A stretch of DNA of 63,992 nt, the filler included, from Olpidium bornovanus S191 (Eukaryota; Fungi; Olpidiomycota): NCBI GenBank assembly GCA_017911155.1. It is 28 parts of 28 records of this genome, joined end to end, with 100 filler letters (N's around TTAATTAATTAA, not from the genome) between each part and the next. Parts side by side here need not be neighbours in the genome. Positions count along the whole stretch, not along the records: positions 51,463 to 53,552 come from JAEFCI010000880.1; positions 53,653 to 55,151 come from JAEFCI010005164.1; positions 55,252 to 56,682 come from JAEFCI010001377.1; positions 56,783 to 58,347 come from JAEFCI010007565.1; positions 58,448 to 59,736 come from JAEFCI010006085.1; positions 59,837 to 62,539 come from JAEFCI010012329.1; positions 62,640 to 63,992 come from JAEFCI010007487.1; 21 more parts are not named here. The stretch is one strand, 5' to 3'. Under the pieces are notes generated by a model. The model made no database searches, was not told where the DNA came from, and worked only from the letters and a program-made list of their open reading frames with translations. Position numbers and translations under genes: made by a program. Positions 52,548 to 63,992 of this stretch are shown here, piece by piece (positions within the stretch are counted from its first letter, which is position 1; each line of letters opens with the position of its first letter).

Positions 52548-53340
52548 TTTCTCCCCCTCCGCCCACGGCACCTCCCCACGCGCGCGCGCGTCAAAATTGA
52601 CTGGAACCCGCGGGGGCAAAGTTTTGGCCGAAGCGTATTTGTTTTTTTTGCGGGCGCGCCGTCGCCGCGCAGGCAAAACAAAAAGGAAAATGAAAATCGC
52701 ATCTCCCTCACCGTAAGACTCGCCGATGAACTCCTTGTACTTTCGCCCCGCGTTGACGATGTGCAATAGCAGCTTGAGCGCTTCCGTCTTGTCGGCCTTT
52801 CCTTCGGTCGGAGCAAACGTCGCGGCCGGAAAATTGAAAATGAAGGACGGTCCGCAGTCAAACCAAAAAAAAAAAGGTTAGGGGCCTTGTAATAAACTCC
52901 CCAAAAACAACTCGAATCAGCGATTACGTACCTCGCGCACCTTCGGCATGTTGAGCGCCTCGAGGACCGTCAAGACTCCGCCGATTTCGATGAATTCAGT
53001 GAGGAATCTGTGACCGCTCGACGCTGATATGAAGATTGAGATGGCCCGAAACTGCAACGCAAGGTTTTTCGCTTTCAGGTACCTGGTAAATATGCAAAAA
53101 AAGAAATGACACGAAAATGTGAGCTCGACCGCGGTCCATTTCCACCGGTGTTTTCTGAGCGACAAAAGTCAAAAAAAAAATAAAAACCGCGTTCTTCTCG
53201 TAAACGCACGTGAGCCGGAACCAAGCGGTAAACCTGGTCAGAAGCAGACTGCCGCCGTTGCCCAATTCCTTCTCCAGCTCCACCCCTGATTTCCAGCGGT
53301 TCGACTCGACGAAGTCCTCGAGGATTTTTTGCCGAACGTA
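51566..53340 (-). CDS. ARMH1: Armadillo-like helical domain-containing protein 1 (C1orf228) orthologue, at least 7 exons, truncated
   Basis: ILEDFVESNRWKSGVELEKELGNGGSLLLTRFTAWFRLT|Y..AISIFISASSGHRFLTEFIEIGGVLTVLEAL..|ADKTEALKLLLHIVNAGRKYKEFIGESY|GIRAVIDCLARSKS..QQTVYKALM..|IHPSVVDATISLLKS....QYE|GCELLKDL is collinear with the recalled animal ARMH1 sequence. Confidence 0.85.
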
Positions 53341-53472
53341 GGCTGACCCCTGGGGGCATTTTTTTTTTTTTTTTGGTGCGGTGGAAACACCTGTTTTTTA
53401 GTCGTGTGGACCGGGCCACGGGGAGAGGGAGGAAGAGGTGGGCCGGCAACGAAAAATTCCCCGTCACCTGCG

Positions 53473-53513
<41 letters not shown>

Positions 53514-54166
53514 AAAGCGCCCCAGAACAACGACGCGGAGCGCGGAAGAACGNNNNNNNNNNNNNNNNNNNNNNNNNNNNNNNNNNNNNNNNNNNNTTAA
53601 TTAATTAANNNNNNNNNNNNNNNNNNNNNNNNNNNNNNNNNNNNNNNNNNNNGCATGTTCCACATTCCTGGAAGTGACAAACACAGCAGCTGTTTCGAGC
53701 CAGGTAGATCTGAAACGTGTAAGTCAAAGGGTGGCTGTGAACGAAACACAAGGCATTTTACATTCCACAATTACACTTCCATTGTTAACACGTTTAAAAG
53801 AGAAGTAGAACTTTATAACGGATCGGTGGAAGGTCAGCCTATCAGTATAGTCTCGTGGGACACCGTTGACAATAATGGCCGTGATAGAACGGGGCGGTTG
53901 CTGGTCAACGTGAGGCGCGAAGCTTAAAAATGCCCGCTAGGAAGCCCGGTCGTTTCTACACGGCAAACCGCCGGCTGCCACCTCTTCGCAAAGCACCTTG
54001 CCTCGCTTGGCCAAACTGTTGCCATCGCCTTGGGCGCTTTCGGGTCCACGGCGCAGTCCGCCATACTCTATTTTCTTTGCTCAAAACCGGAGCAGGTCGC
54101 ACGTCACAAGCCAAGCACTACAATCCTCCCACACGTGACGGTAAACCCCACGGAATAACCTCGGAC

Positions 54167-55151
54167 ATGACCGCCTCGTCCCTGGCGAACACCGCCTCGT
54201 ACGCGGCCGCAGAAAGGCTCATACGGAGGAAGGCCGAGATAGAGGAACAGCTGGCTTCCCTGGAAAGTTCCCTCTCGTCGGTGAGCTACGGACGGCGACC
54301 GGCCTCGTCGGTTGCCTTTGCCCCTTGGCGGCGATGTTGTGCGCGACTTTGCTGCCGGACCCGCTCTGGACCGGGGCTTCATGTTTTTGCCTGCCGAGGC
54401 AGCCGCTTGGCAGTTGATTCCGCAACTGCTGGTTCCCCGGCAGCATCTGTTCGACGCCCCGCATGCTCCGCTCATCCAAACGCCCGCCAACGCACACACC
54501 CACGCGTAATTCGCGCGCGCGCGCGCCCGATGCTGTCGTTCAGCAAAATGGCGTGGGCATGCAAGGCCCGCTAGTTGACAGCGAAGGGTTCCCCCGGACC
54601 GACATCGACGTGCCTGGAGTGCGGGAAACCCGCGTGAGAGTAATCGGTGAGGGCCACAGAGAATCAACCCGCAAGACAGGCTCCGTTTCTCCGGTTCCAG
54701 GGGCGGCCAGCGGAACTTCGAATGTCTGCACGCTCACCGCTTGCGTCGTTTGGGATTCTAGAGTTGCGGAACGACCTTGCTGAGGTGATGACGCAGGCGG
54801 AAAAGGCTATTCACGCCGTACACGCCGAGACGCGCGAGTCCCGTTCGTGCGAGATGGAGTGCGATACCGCTGGTGACGCCAGTGGATCGTCCGAAGGTCA
54901 GACTGGCGCCTTGAGAGGTGCTGAGAATGGTTCCGAACGAATGATGCCGAGTTATGTTTGGTCGTCTGGTCGTTTCCGGCAGGCTCTTCTACTCAGCCCG
55001 CGGCATTTGCCGTTGTCAACGCGGTAGCGCCGGATTCCCCGGCGAAATCAGCGGTGAGTGCACTCAGCCGTTGTATGCGCACCGTGATGGATTCCCCGAG
55101 CAATCCGGTCCGTATCGCCGATGCTGGCGATTATGTCTAAATGATACATGA
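54167..55151 (+). CDS. NAS2: 26S proteasome assembly chaperone Nas2/PSMD9, 3' truncated
   Basis: ERLIRRKAEIEEQL..|QNGVGMQGPLVDSEGFPRTDIDVPGVRETRVRVI|ELRNDLAEVM; PDZ start FAVVNAVAPDSPA. Confidence 0.95.
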
Positions 55152-55396
55152 NNNNNNNNNNNNNNNNNNNNNNNNNNNNNNNNNNNNNNNNNNNNTTAAT
55201 TAATTAANNNNNNNNNNNNNNNNNNNNNNNNNNNNNNNNNNNNNNNNNNNNCATGTTTCGAATCTAGAAAATATATAATAGACGTCGCCTCGAGTCTGAT
55301 GCGGGGTGGGCGAGGTGTCCTCCGCCACCAGCTGCAGGACGACTATGCAATGTTGAATCTGTCCGGATCTGGTGAAATGGCACGCAAACGCCGAAA

Positions 55397-56221
55397 TCAA
55401 CGAAAGGTAATGCTCCTGTTTCCCGAGGCAGGCCGGAGATTCGTTCGTGGATCCGACTTTTTGAACTGAATTCACCCAGCGAAATCAGTTCACAACGGTT
55501 GCGCGCCGCGGCGTTAACACCGGACCAACTCGCGAGCTTTGCGTGACAAGGCGGCAAACGCCGCCAAGAACGCGCAACGAGTTGGCCAAAAAAACCGACA
55601 TACCTCGTTGGCAATGACGATGCTTCCGTACGGGTCGAAGCCTTTTCCCCTCCACGTGCCCCTCTTCTCGTCCGGCCCGCCCTCCAAGACTTCCGAGGCT
55701 TCCGCGGCACGCGGCGCCCCGTTAGAGGTCTCCCGCGCGGAGAGGGCGAGCTCGAGGCTCGATGTCGCGGTCGAGTAATCAAACGGCACGACCTCTTCGG
55801 CGGAACCTTCGGGCAGCGCGGCCGCAGAGGCCGCATCGTCGTCGTCGTCGGCGGCGGCGTCTGCTGCTGCGGCCGCCGCCATCCGCGCGGAGCGCTTTGC
55901 GGCGCGCCGCTCCTGCTTCGCCGTCCGCGCCTGCGTTTTCCGGGGGACAGGCTCGGCGGCCGCGCAGGGAGCGGCCGACTTCTTGCTGGGCCCGCCGACT
56001 GCGCGGCCGAGCTCCTGGCCGTCCGGCTGGCCGGCCACCCCGGGCGTGCCGCTCGCCGGCTCCTCGGCCCGGCGCTTCCTTTTCAACTCTGCGGCGAGAG
56101 TGCGTGGCGCGCGCGCCCCTCCTCGCGCGGACGCATCTCTCTTGAGCGAGACGAGGTCGCCGAAGTCGTCCGCGCCGGTGTCCGTGCCGAAGGACATGCG
56201 TGTGGCGGCGGCGCCAGTCAA
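55397..56221 (-). CDS. RRP6: Probable C-terminal region of exosome nuclease Rrp6/EXOSC10
   Basis: Basic/Ala-rich tail with VVPFDYSTA and GFDPY, spliced (GTATGT..TTCAG) to FKKSDPRTNLRPASGNRSITFR*. This is the typical Rrp6 terminal motif; no catalytic domain is present in the contig. Confidence 0.65.
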
Positions 56222-56245
56222 AACGGACGGAAAGGTTTTTTTTTC

Positions 56246-56279
<34 letters not shown>

Positions 56280-56782
56280 CCTTTCAGAAAAGGGGAGCGG
56301 GTGCGTGAGCGGATTGGGCCCCACCCCCGAATAGACGAGGGGTTTCAGGGGAGTGAATGCACACACACACACACCAAGACCCACCCGTTTCATGCACCCG
56401 TGCGTGCTTCATGTTACGTGCGCAGCACACCGTTGTCACGCATGCTGTAAAATGCACCCGGGCGACTCGATTGGGCTATTTCCTCCTCCTCAACGACATG
56501 GGAGGCAACAAGAGGCGAGGCCCCCCGGCAAAATGAATTGAAATGCGCCGCGCACGCGGACCCTGCCTGTCCTTTTTCTTTTTTCGTCCCTTTTTGGCAC
56601 CAATCACTCCCATAACAACCCTGGTGGTGTGATCCACCGAAGCAAATTGTTCGAGCGACCCACATGGACCCAAGGAGGCCGGNNNNNNNNNNNNNNNNNN
56701 NNNNNNNNNNNNNNNNNNNNNNNNNNTTAATTAATTAANNNNNNNNNNNNNNNNNNNNNNNNNNNNNNNNNNNNNNNNNNNN

Positions 56783-57590
56783 CATGACGCGTATGCCCAT
56801 AATCCAAGAGAAAATGTAGTACACTACGCTCCACCCTTGTTCCGCGAACCGCGAAATCTTTGACTCTCGCCGGATTCCAAAATATGTCCCAAGCGGTCGC
56901 AGGATGTAATCCATCATAAACGCCCGCAGGAGGGTGAGCAGCAAGAACCACCCCCCAATATAGCACAGGTCTAGCGGGCCTTTCTCGTAAAGACCGTCTG
57001 ATGACCGTCGGTAAGAGAGCGTAAGGAAAGAATCCACCTGCCGCACGCCCACGGCTGGCAAAAGCGCTAGCACACTCAAAATGGCCAACGATATTGCTGT
57101 CAAGATGACGAAACGCGAGCGTCAGGTTTGGAAAACGTGCGCATAAGATCCTTCGCCCTTGAATAACGGCGCACGGCCCAACCGGGTCGACTGGTTGCCC
57201 ACTGCCGGGGTCTCGCACAGCAAGCCCAAACTGGGAAGCGAGGTCAACAAAGCCAGCAGGCCTTCTCAGAAATGTCCATCAAGAACCAAACCCTGCGAAC
57301 GTACCCAGCTGATTGTCCACCGTCCTTTGGAAGAAGGCATTCTGGAATCGGCGTTTCTTGCTTTTGCCGGATGCTGACCGGGGACCGTTACTTGCGGACA
57401 CCTTCGATACGCCAACACTTCGTCCCTTTGCCATGTCTGTACTCCGGCGGGCACTCTGGCGCACCTCGGAGGAACCTACTGCCCCTCCGACTACTGCTGC
57501 TACCAATCAGAGCCGCCCTGTCAACGGCGCGCTGGTTGATTGCCGCCTTCAACGTCCGCCCGGCGTCAAACCTCCGTTTGCCTGCGTATG
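56783..57590 (-). CDS. LAG1: Ceramide synthase (Lag1/Lac1, TLC family), N-terminal part, 3' truncated
   Basis: LSY..DGLYEKGPLDLCYIGGWFLLLTLLRAFMMDYILRPL...GIRRESKISRFAEQGWSVVYY. The start codon is uncertain; could be LAC1. Confidence 0.9.
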
Positions 57591-60126
57591 AGAACAGCGT
57601 TCAATCTCGGCGGCAGAAACCCTGGCGGAGGACGCCGGTCGTCAAATGCGCGTGAGGCATCAATGCCCGGAGGGGGAAGGGGGGGGGGGCAGCGCGTCCG
57701 CGCGCTGCTTTTGCCTTGTTTTTTTTGTTTTTTTTTTATCACTCCCTGTTCGACGGCCGTCCCTGGCGGCGCCGCGGGCCGCAGAGCCTTCTGCCACGTA
57801 CCTGGTTGACGCTTCCGCCGCGGAGCTTTGCAGGTTGCGCGTTGTTCGGCGTTGTCGCAACGGGGCTGGCTCGCGGCGCCGCACGCGCACCGGCGCTGCC
57901 AGTTCTTTTTTTTTTCTCGTTATGGACCTCGCGGAAATTACACGTGTGGTAGGGAGGGATGGGGAAGGGGAGGGGAGAGACGTGTTTTCGAAAGCACGTT
58001 AATACCTTTCAATATTATTACATTATCATAGTTATAATTGTGTTTGCGCCCACACACACGCCTGAGTTGTCTTTGACTTCCGAACACGCCAGAAATACAC
58101 CGCCGAGAGAAATTCCCGGCGCCGGCCCGGTCGGCGTCGGCCCGGTCGGCGTAACGAAGGTGTGATCGGACCGCCGCTGCGCTATGGTTGTCCAGTGCAA
58201 ACTTTCGGGATCGAGGACCGACGGCACTTTCCTTGTCGAAGTGCGCGGGCTCGTCCAAAGGGATTTATGCTACCCCTCGGAGGTCACTAAGTATATCGTG
58301 CGAAAGCAGCTTTGTCTGCTGTCCCTGTCGTGTGTGTGACGACATGCNNNNNNNNNNNNNNNNNNNNNNNNNNNNNNNNNNNNNNNNNNNNTTAATTAAT
58401 TAANNNNNNNNNNNNNNNNNNNNNNNNNNNNNNNNNNNNNNNNNNNNCATGAGTGAGCCTCAAGAGACAAAGATAAGACCTTGTTTTCGCGTTTGAGCTA
58501 CATCTGTTTTTTTTTCGTTATTTTTGAAGGGTGTTTGAAGGTTGAATGTAACTCCGTTTTTGCAAATCTGAAAAAGGCCTAAATACTGCTGCGCCATTTC
58601 TGAGATAACGGTTGGTGACTTACGCGTTATTTTACAAAGGCATTTATTCCGATCTTCTTCGGAACTTTGCAACAGGTGGTTTTTTGCCTTTTTTCACCGC
58701 GGACTGTCGCGACAAACTGCGGCAATGCGCGGCGCTGCGTGTTCCGTGCGGGCTGCTAGCCTGCAACGCGCGACCAGCTTTGGCGTCTCCGCATCAACGC
58801 GCAGTTAGTACCGCACGTTTGTTCGTCTTCTCATGGGTTTCCGGCAATGACGACGCGCTGCTGAGAATAGTCCATAGTTTTTTCTTATTTTTTCCCGTCG
58901 TTAATCCCCGACAATGCGTAGGACAGCCGATCTAGGGTTTTTCGATGTCTGCCGAGCTGCCATGGTATTCGCTATCGCCGTCGTCGCCGCCGTCGGCTAT
59001 CATCCCGAGATTTATGTCAAAGGTAATTTGGGAGTTCACAACGGTCCGTCAATTACGGGACTGACCATCCCCAACGCCGGAACGGAGAGTTTCGCCGGAA
59101 CGCGCTGGCGTCGGAGCGCTTATCGTCGTTAGCAGCGGCCGCCGGAAGAGGAATGCCGGGCCGCGCGAAGACGCGGAGGCGGAACCGCGGATTGTGCCGG
59201 CCGCCTTTCTTGTTAAAGGCCGGGCGCCGATGGCTGACTTTGGCACCGCGGCGCATCCTTCGTGGCTCTGCTGGCGGCGAGCCCTTTTAAGGTAGAGGCG
59301 GAAACACGGCAGTTACCGAAAGGCGATTCTGCGCTCTGCGAAGGGGGCGAATCTCCATGGTTTGCGGGGCAGGTTGCTGCCGAAAATTGCGACTCCGGCG
59401 GCGGCGGGCCCGCGAAGGTAAGAGATAGAGATGTTAGTGTAGCGGAGCTGGGTCGATCACACGCCGGATGCCTGCGTCGCTTGTTCTTTTCGGAACGGAA
59501 AAGTATTTTTCACAATAAAAAGGAGCACAAGATGCGCGGAATGCGACCGGATAGCACCGCGCACCGCGGGTGCGCACAGACAGCGGGGACGCTGGGTGGA
59601 AACGGCGTGCGGCGCCATGCGGATGTTTCGACGGTCAAGGGTATGGCCCGAGTAGTTGTGGAAGGCGACGGCGTGATCGAGACGGGGGCTCCGATCAAAA
59701 AAATTTTGTCCGACAGGCGCCGCCCAGGGCGGGAGCNNNNNNNNNNNNNNNNNNNNNNNNNNNNNNNNNNNNNNNNNNNNTTAATTAATTAANNNNNNNN
59801 NNNNNNNNNNNNNNNNNNNNNNNNNNNNNNNNNNNNCCCCCCCCCCCCCCAAAAGGAAAAAAAAAAAAAAAAAAAAAAAAAAAGGGGGAAAAAAAAAAAA
59901 ACCCCAAAAAAAAAAAAAAAAAAAAAGGGGGAAAAAAAAAAAAACCCCAAAAAAAAAAAAAAAAAAAAAAAAGTGGCGGCGCTGTGCGTTCTGCAATATA
60001 TCCGAGTTGTCTAAGCGGGCATCGGCAGCGCAGGGCTTGAAACGCAGGGGCCTGCTTGACGGCGAAGGGTGGGAGGGGAGACGGGGATAGCGCTGCTGCT
60101 GGGCTGGCCTGCATGATCGGCGGCAG

Positions 60127-62405
60127 ATGATGACCTCCGTCAGGTGCCCGGTCTACCCTGCGGGGCAAGACGTCCGAAGCGAGTATGGATTCCCGGCGGA
60201 AGCGCCTGAACACAGTCCGGAAAACGGTAGTCTGATCTCGGATTCGTGAACCCGCCCTGCGTATTTTTGTTTGCCGCCGGGACCCTGAAGATCATTCCAC
60301 CTTGTTCCCCACAGGCGCCGCACCGTCGTCTTTGAAGATGAGGAACCGACCATGCTCCGCGCTGCCGAGGTCGGGGGAACCTCTCCGCACGGCCGGCCCG
60401 CAAAGTTCGCCGGAACTCGACTCTCGCAGCCTTTCCGTGTCGATTAACCGGGAGGAGGAGGGAGAGCCCCTCGTCGTCGTGCGGTCGAAGCCCCTTACCC
60501 GGCCGCCGTCCGCGAACTCGAAGCGCACGTACCAAATCATGACGCGGCCCGGATCCGCCGTGATCACCCACCACCAGAAAGGGCGATCTTGGACGACGGC
60601 GCGGCTCCTCCCGCGAAGGGAGCTGTTCGCGGTGGCGCCGTCACTGATGGCGATGAACCCGTCCGCGAAAGACGCCGCTTCCGCCTCCGGCCAGCGGCGT
60701 CCGGCCAGTCCCGCCAGGGACACTCGGTCGTCCGCCCACTTCGCTCCCGCAGGGTTCAACAACAGCCTCCCCGATTTTCGCGAGCAGCGCCGGCCCGATC
60801 ACGCCGACGTCTACGATTCGAACCGCGACCGCAAGGAGCTGCACATCTGTGACTTCCGCGGCGTGCCCGACAATCCTGCGTTGATGGTCCGAGACACTTG
60901 CGGCGGCCGCAACAGACAGAGGGTCGTGAGGTGCTTCGTGGGATTGCCGCGGCAGGGTTGAGGCATCCCGGCCGCACCGTATGTCCTAACGATCCTCGCC
61001 GCCGTTCCAGGGCACAATCCGCGCCGTCCGCACGTCGAGCGCCCCCGTCGTGTAGACCGTCTTTGAAACACCGGCCGTCCACCGCGCAGCCGCCTCACCC
61101 GTCGTCCAAACACGGCACGGCGCGGTCCGTGATTTTGGAGCAGATCGAGCGGGATGCCGTCGATGTGGACATATCGAACGTCACCTACGAGGATACCCAG
61201 TATCCAGGGTCGACCACCCTTTCGGAGTTCGCGAAGTCCCGATCAGCAACGACACCTCTGCGGCCGGCCAGCACCTACCCGCGGACATTCCCGATAAAAA
61301 CCCACAACGCGCGGGCGAATCTCGAGAGGTACCGGCTGGAGCAGGTGGCACTGCGGCGCCTGCGCTACGTGATTGAGACCGGAGAGGCAGGCGATCAGCA
61401 CATAGAGATGCTGGAGATTTTGGACAACAGGTAGGGTCGTCTTTCTGGGTTTTTCGTTTTTTTCAATTTCACGTCCGGTCCCCCTTGCGGCATTGTCGTG
61501 CGGGGGCCGCCCCGCTGCAGAATTTAAAAGCAGCAACCACAATTATTATCATTATTCAAGTCAAACTTTTTCCCGGTCACAGCGAGCTGCCGAGCGGGCT
61601 CTTTCAGAAATTCTTTGGAAACAAGGCGTCGAATCTGGCGGAAACGCGGCACCTGCTGATGTTGGCCATCGAGCGGAAGAAGCGGCGGTCCGGGGAAGCG
61701 GCCGGTCCGCCACCCGATCCGCAAGCAGGCGACGTGTGGGACGGGACGTGGGCCGCTAGAACCTCGCGGTCGCCCTCGTCGCCCCGCGGCGGAACGGAGC
61801 ACCGGTCTCCCTGTCCGGCTCACGACCTGGGGCTCGCGGTCTCCCCGATCTTCCCGGAGAAAGGGGAGCGGCACGAGGAGCGCGAGACGGGCCCGGCGCA
61901 CCCCTCGCAGCGGGGCGCCGACACGCCTCCTCATTTCCTGAGGCCGTCGGCGTACAACCACTACCTCGAGCACTGCGCCGAGGCGGGGCCCGCGGGGCCC
62001 GGGCGGTCCAGGACGGCGACGGGGGAGTCGGCCGCCAGCGGCGGCGCGGCGGGCGCCCGGGCTTTCGCGGCGATGCGGCCGGGATCGGCGACGATATACC
62101 GGCCGTCGCTGCAGGTGCACACCACGCCGGAGGACCTCCTGGAGATGCTGCGGTCGTCCGAGAGGAAGAAGGGCGCCGACGGCGTGCACGCGGCGGCCGA
62201 GGCGGCGCGCAGGATCGGCGTCATCGTCGTCCCGGGCACGGGCTACCTCCCGCACAAGGGCGGCGAGACGGCCGCCGAGGTCCAGGGCGCCGCCGCCAAG
62301 AAGACGAAGGCGAAGAAGAAGAAGAAGAAGAGGGTGTGGCAGCAGCGCCGCGGGCCCGCGCCAGCGCACTCGTTCGAGAAGGACGCGGACGACTTGGACT
62401 TTTGA
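60127..62405 (+). CDS. Uncharacterised multi-exon protein rich in RP-x-S-A motifs
   Basis: Exons with canonical splice sites, e.g. MTSVRCPVYP..SPEN|GAAPSSLK..; NARANLERYRLEQVALRRLRYVIE; HTTPEDLLEML..KKKRVW..DLDF*. One internal junction (~60890-61100) is unresolved. Confidence 0.65.
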
Positions 62406-63663
62406 CAAAACTCACAAACACACACACACACACACCGCGCAATCATATATTTTTATTTTTTTTTTCGCGTTCGCGTTCGCGCTTCGCTTCTCTTTTCTTT
62501 TTTTGGATGTCCCCGTGTCTCAGGGCACGTATATACCCCNNNNNNNNNNNNNNNNNNNNNNNNNNNNNNNNNNNNNNNNNNNNTTAATTAATTAANNNNN
62601 NNNNNNNNNNNNNNNNNNNNNNNNNNNNNNNNNNNNNNNCATGAGCAACCGGGCTAGGTACGATGCGAAGCCCCCCCCCCCAACGGTGCCTTTTGGAGGA
62701 AAAAGCTTTTTACCGAGCACTTTTGCCCGTGGTCTACTGAGGGGTCCCCCTGGCAGCGAAATCGAGACTCTCGTGCATTTCGTAGGACGCACAAAACGAA
62801 ATTCAAACACTCCATACGAGCCCCTTTTTGTCTGGTCCAGAGAATTTCTCACTAAATGTTTCGCCGGACCAAAAACAGCCTGTTTCGACAGGCCTAAACA
62901 ATCGATGACAATCTCGAAAACAGGGATGACACGCAAGTTACTATGTGGCGACAACGCCCGAGCGATATCCTGGGAGACCCTTTCGTGACCGCGCAGCTCC
63001 TGATAACCGTGCCTCGAAGATGACGGGGTTTACTTGAGGCAACCGTAGCACTTCGAGATGACGATCAAAGTGAAACAAATATTTGTCGGCGGCGCCGCAC
63101 CAAAAAAAAAAAATTAGTGCTTGGCGACGGGAAACACGTTAACTCGTCAAAAAAGTAAAATATTACCTCGGTCAACTCCACTCGGAAAAAAAAACAAAGA
63201 CAAAATAAATAGAATAAGGCGCGGCGCCACGACGGCAGCCGACCGTCGACGAGAAACTTGGCGACGGGGCACGGGCAGGCGACTTTGAAACTCGGCTTCT
63301 GGGGGCGTTTGCGAGGAGCTGACGCGCTCTCGGCTCGGTTTGTCGCATTCTACTCGCAAAAGTTATTTGTTTCTTCGGTGCCGCGATGCGTCGACGCGGT
63401 CTGCCGGAAGCTCCGCGCGCCTGACAGCGCGGAAAGTGCGAGGCCGACGGCGGAGACGCCAGGGGGTGACGGCAGCGCGACGGCGGTGACGCCAGGGGGT
63501 GACGGCGAGGGGTGACGACAGCGCGACGGGCGAGCCGGAAAGGCTCCAAGGCAGCATCGAAGAGACCTTTCGGTAAACGGCCGAAGGCGGCACCCGCTGG
63601 CCAGAAACGGCTCCCGAAAGCGTTTTCAGCCGAGCGCGGGTGGCGACCGCCCGGGGGGAGGGG

Positions 63664-63741
63664 GCGGTGACGACATCCGAAATGCGGCGACGACATCCGA
63701 AATGCGGCGACGACATCCGAAAGCGGTGACGATGTCCGAAG
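63664..63741. repeat. 20-bp tandem repeat, 4 copies; a 19-bp direct repeat with period 33 lies at ~63455/63488
   Basis: GCGG(T/C)GACGACATCCGAAAT occurs twice in full, once lacking the last T, plus one degenerate copy. GACGCCAGGGGGTGACGGC occurs twice. Confidence 0.9.
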
Positions 63742-63992
63742 GCGAAACCCGAGGGGCGGCGGAGTGGCCAGCAGAGCAAGCCTGACGGCTCGCACGGCAG
63801 CCCACGACGGTGACGGCAACCGACCGCTGCCGCCGGCAGGGGGACAGCGACCGATGGAGGGCATAAGGAGCCGCCATTCGAAATTTCCATAGTTTTTGGG
63901 AATAGAAATGAAATAAAAAACCCGAGATTTTTATAAAAAGGCATGCCGATGCATGCCGATGCGTCTTCAATATCACAGGCTCTTCCTCAAGC

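Noticed and set aside
53960-53985. GCTGCCACC upstream of NAS2 as an Rpn4/PACE element
   Set aside because: Only a partial match to TTTGCCACC, which is too weak in GC-rich DNA.
62190-62250. IGVIVVPG as the Cdc73/parafibromin C-domain start
   Set aside because: The following residues do not continue the Cdc73 fold, and the protein ends about 55 aa later.

Overview
This is not a contiguous locus. It is 28 short contigs (about 1.0-4.5 kb) of a GC-rich, intron-rich fungal genome, joined by 27 artificial 100-bp spacers (N44-TTAATTAATTAA-N44). Neighbouring contigs share no synteny, and ORFs containing X runs or 'LIN' are artefacts. Most contigs carry one partial spliced gene. Recognisable ones are PXA1-type ABCD transporter, PDB1, PP2A A subunit, SPT16, TPI1, HIS2, STE12, FBP1, a kinesin motor, ALG11, HSE1, PAB1, a PQ-loop transporter, ARMH1, NAS2, RRP6 C-terminus, LAG1/LAC1 and a decayed Ty1/copia element with a complete 3' LTR. 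Fungal markers occur alongside ARMH1 and a PPP1R36-like protein, which suggests a flagellated early-diverging fungus (Olpidium-like; inference). The strongest unexplained pattern is that 20 of 54 internal contig ends lie at or within 2 nt of CATG. This is most simply a restriction-and-ligation step in library preparation, and it implies possible chimeras at internal CATG sites. I found no convincing novel multi-gene system. The best leads are single uncharacterised genes, repeats and regulatory tracts. All family assignments come from recalled motifs, not database searches.
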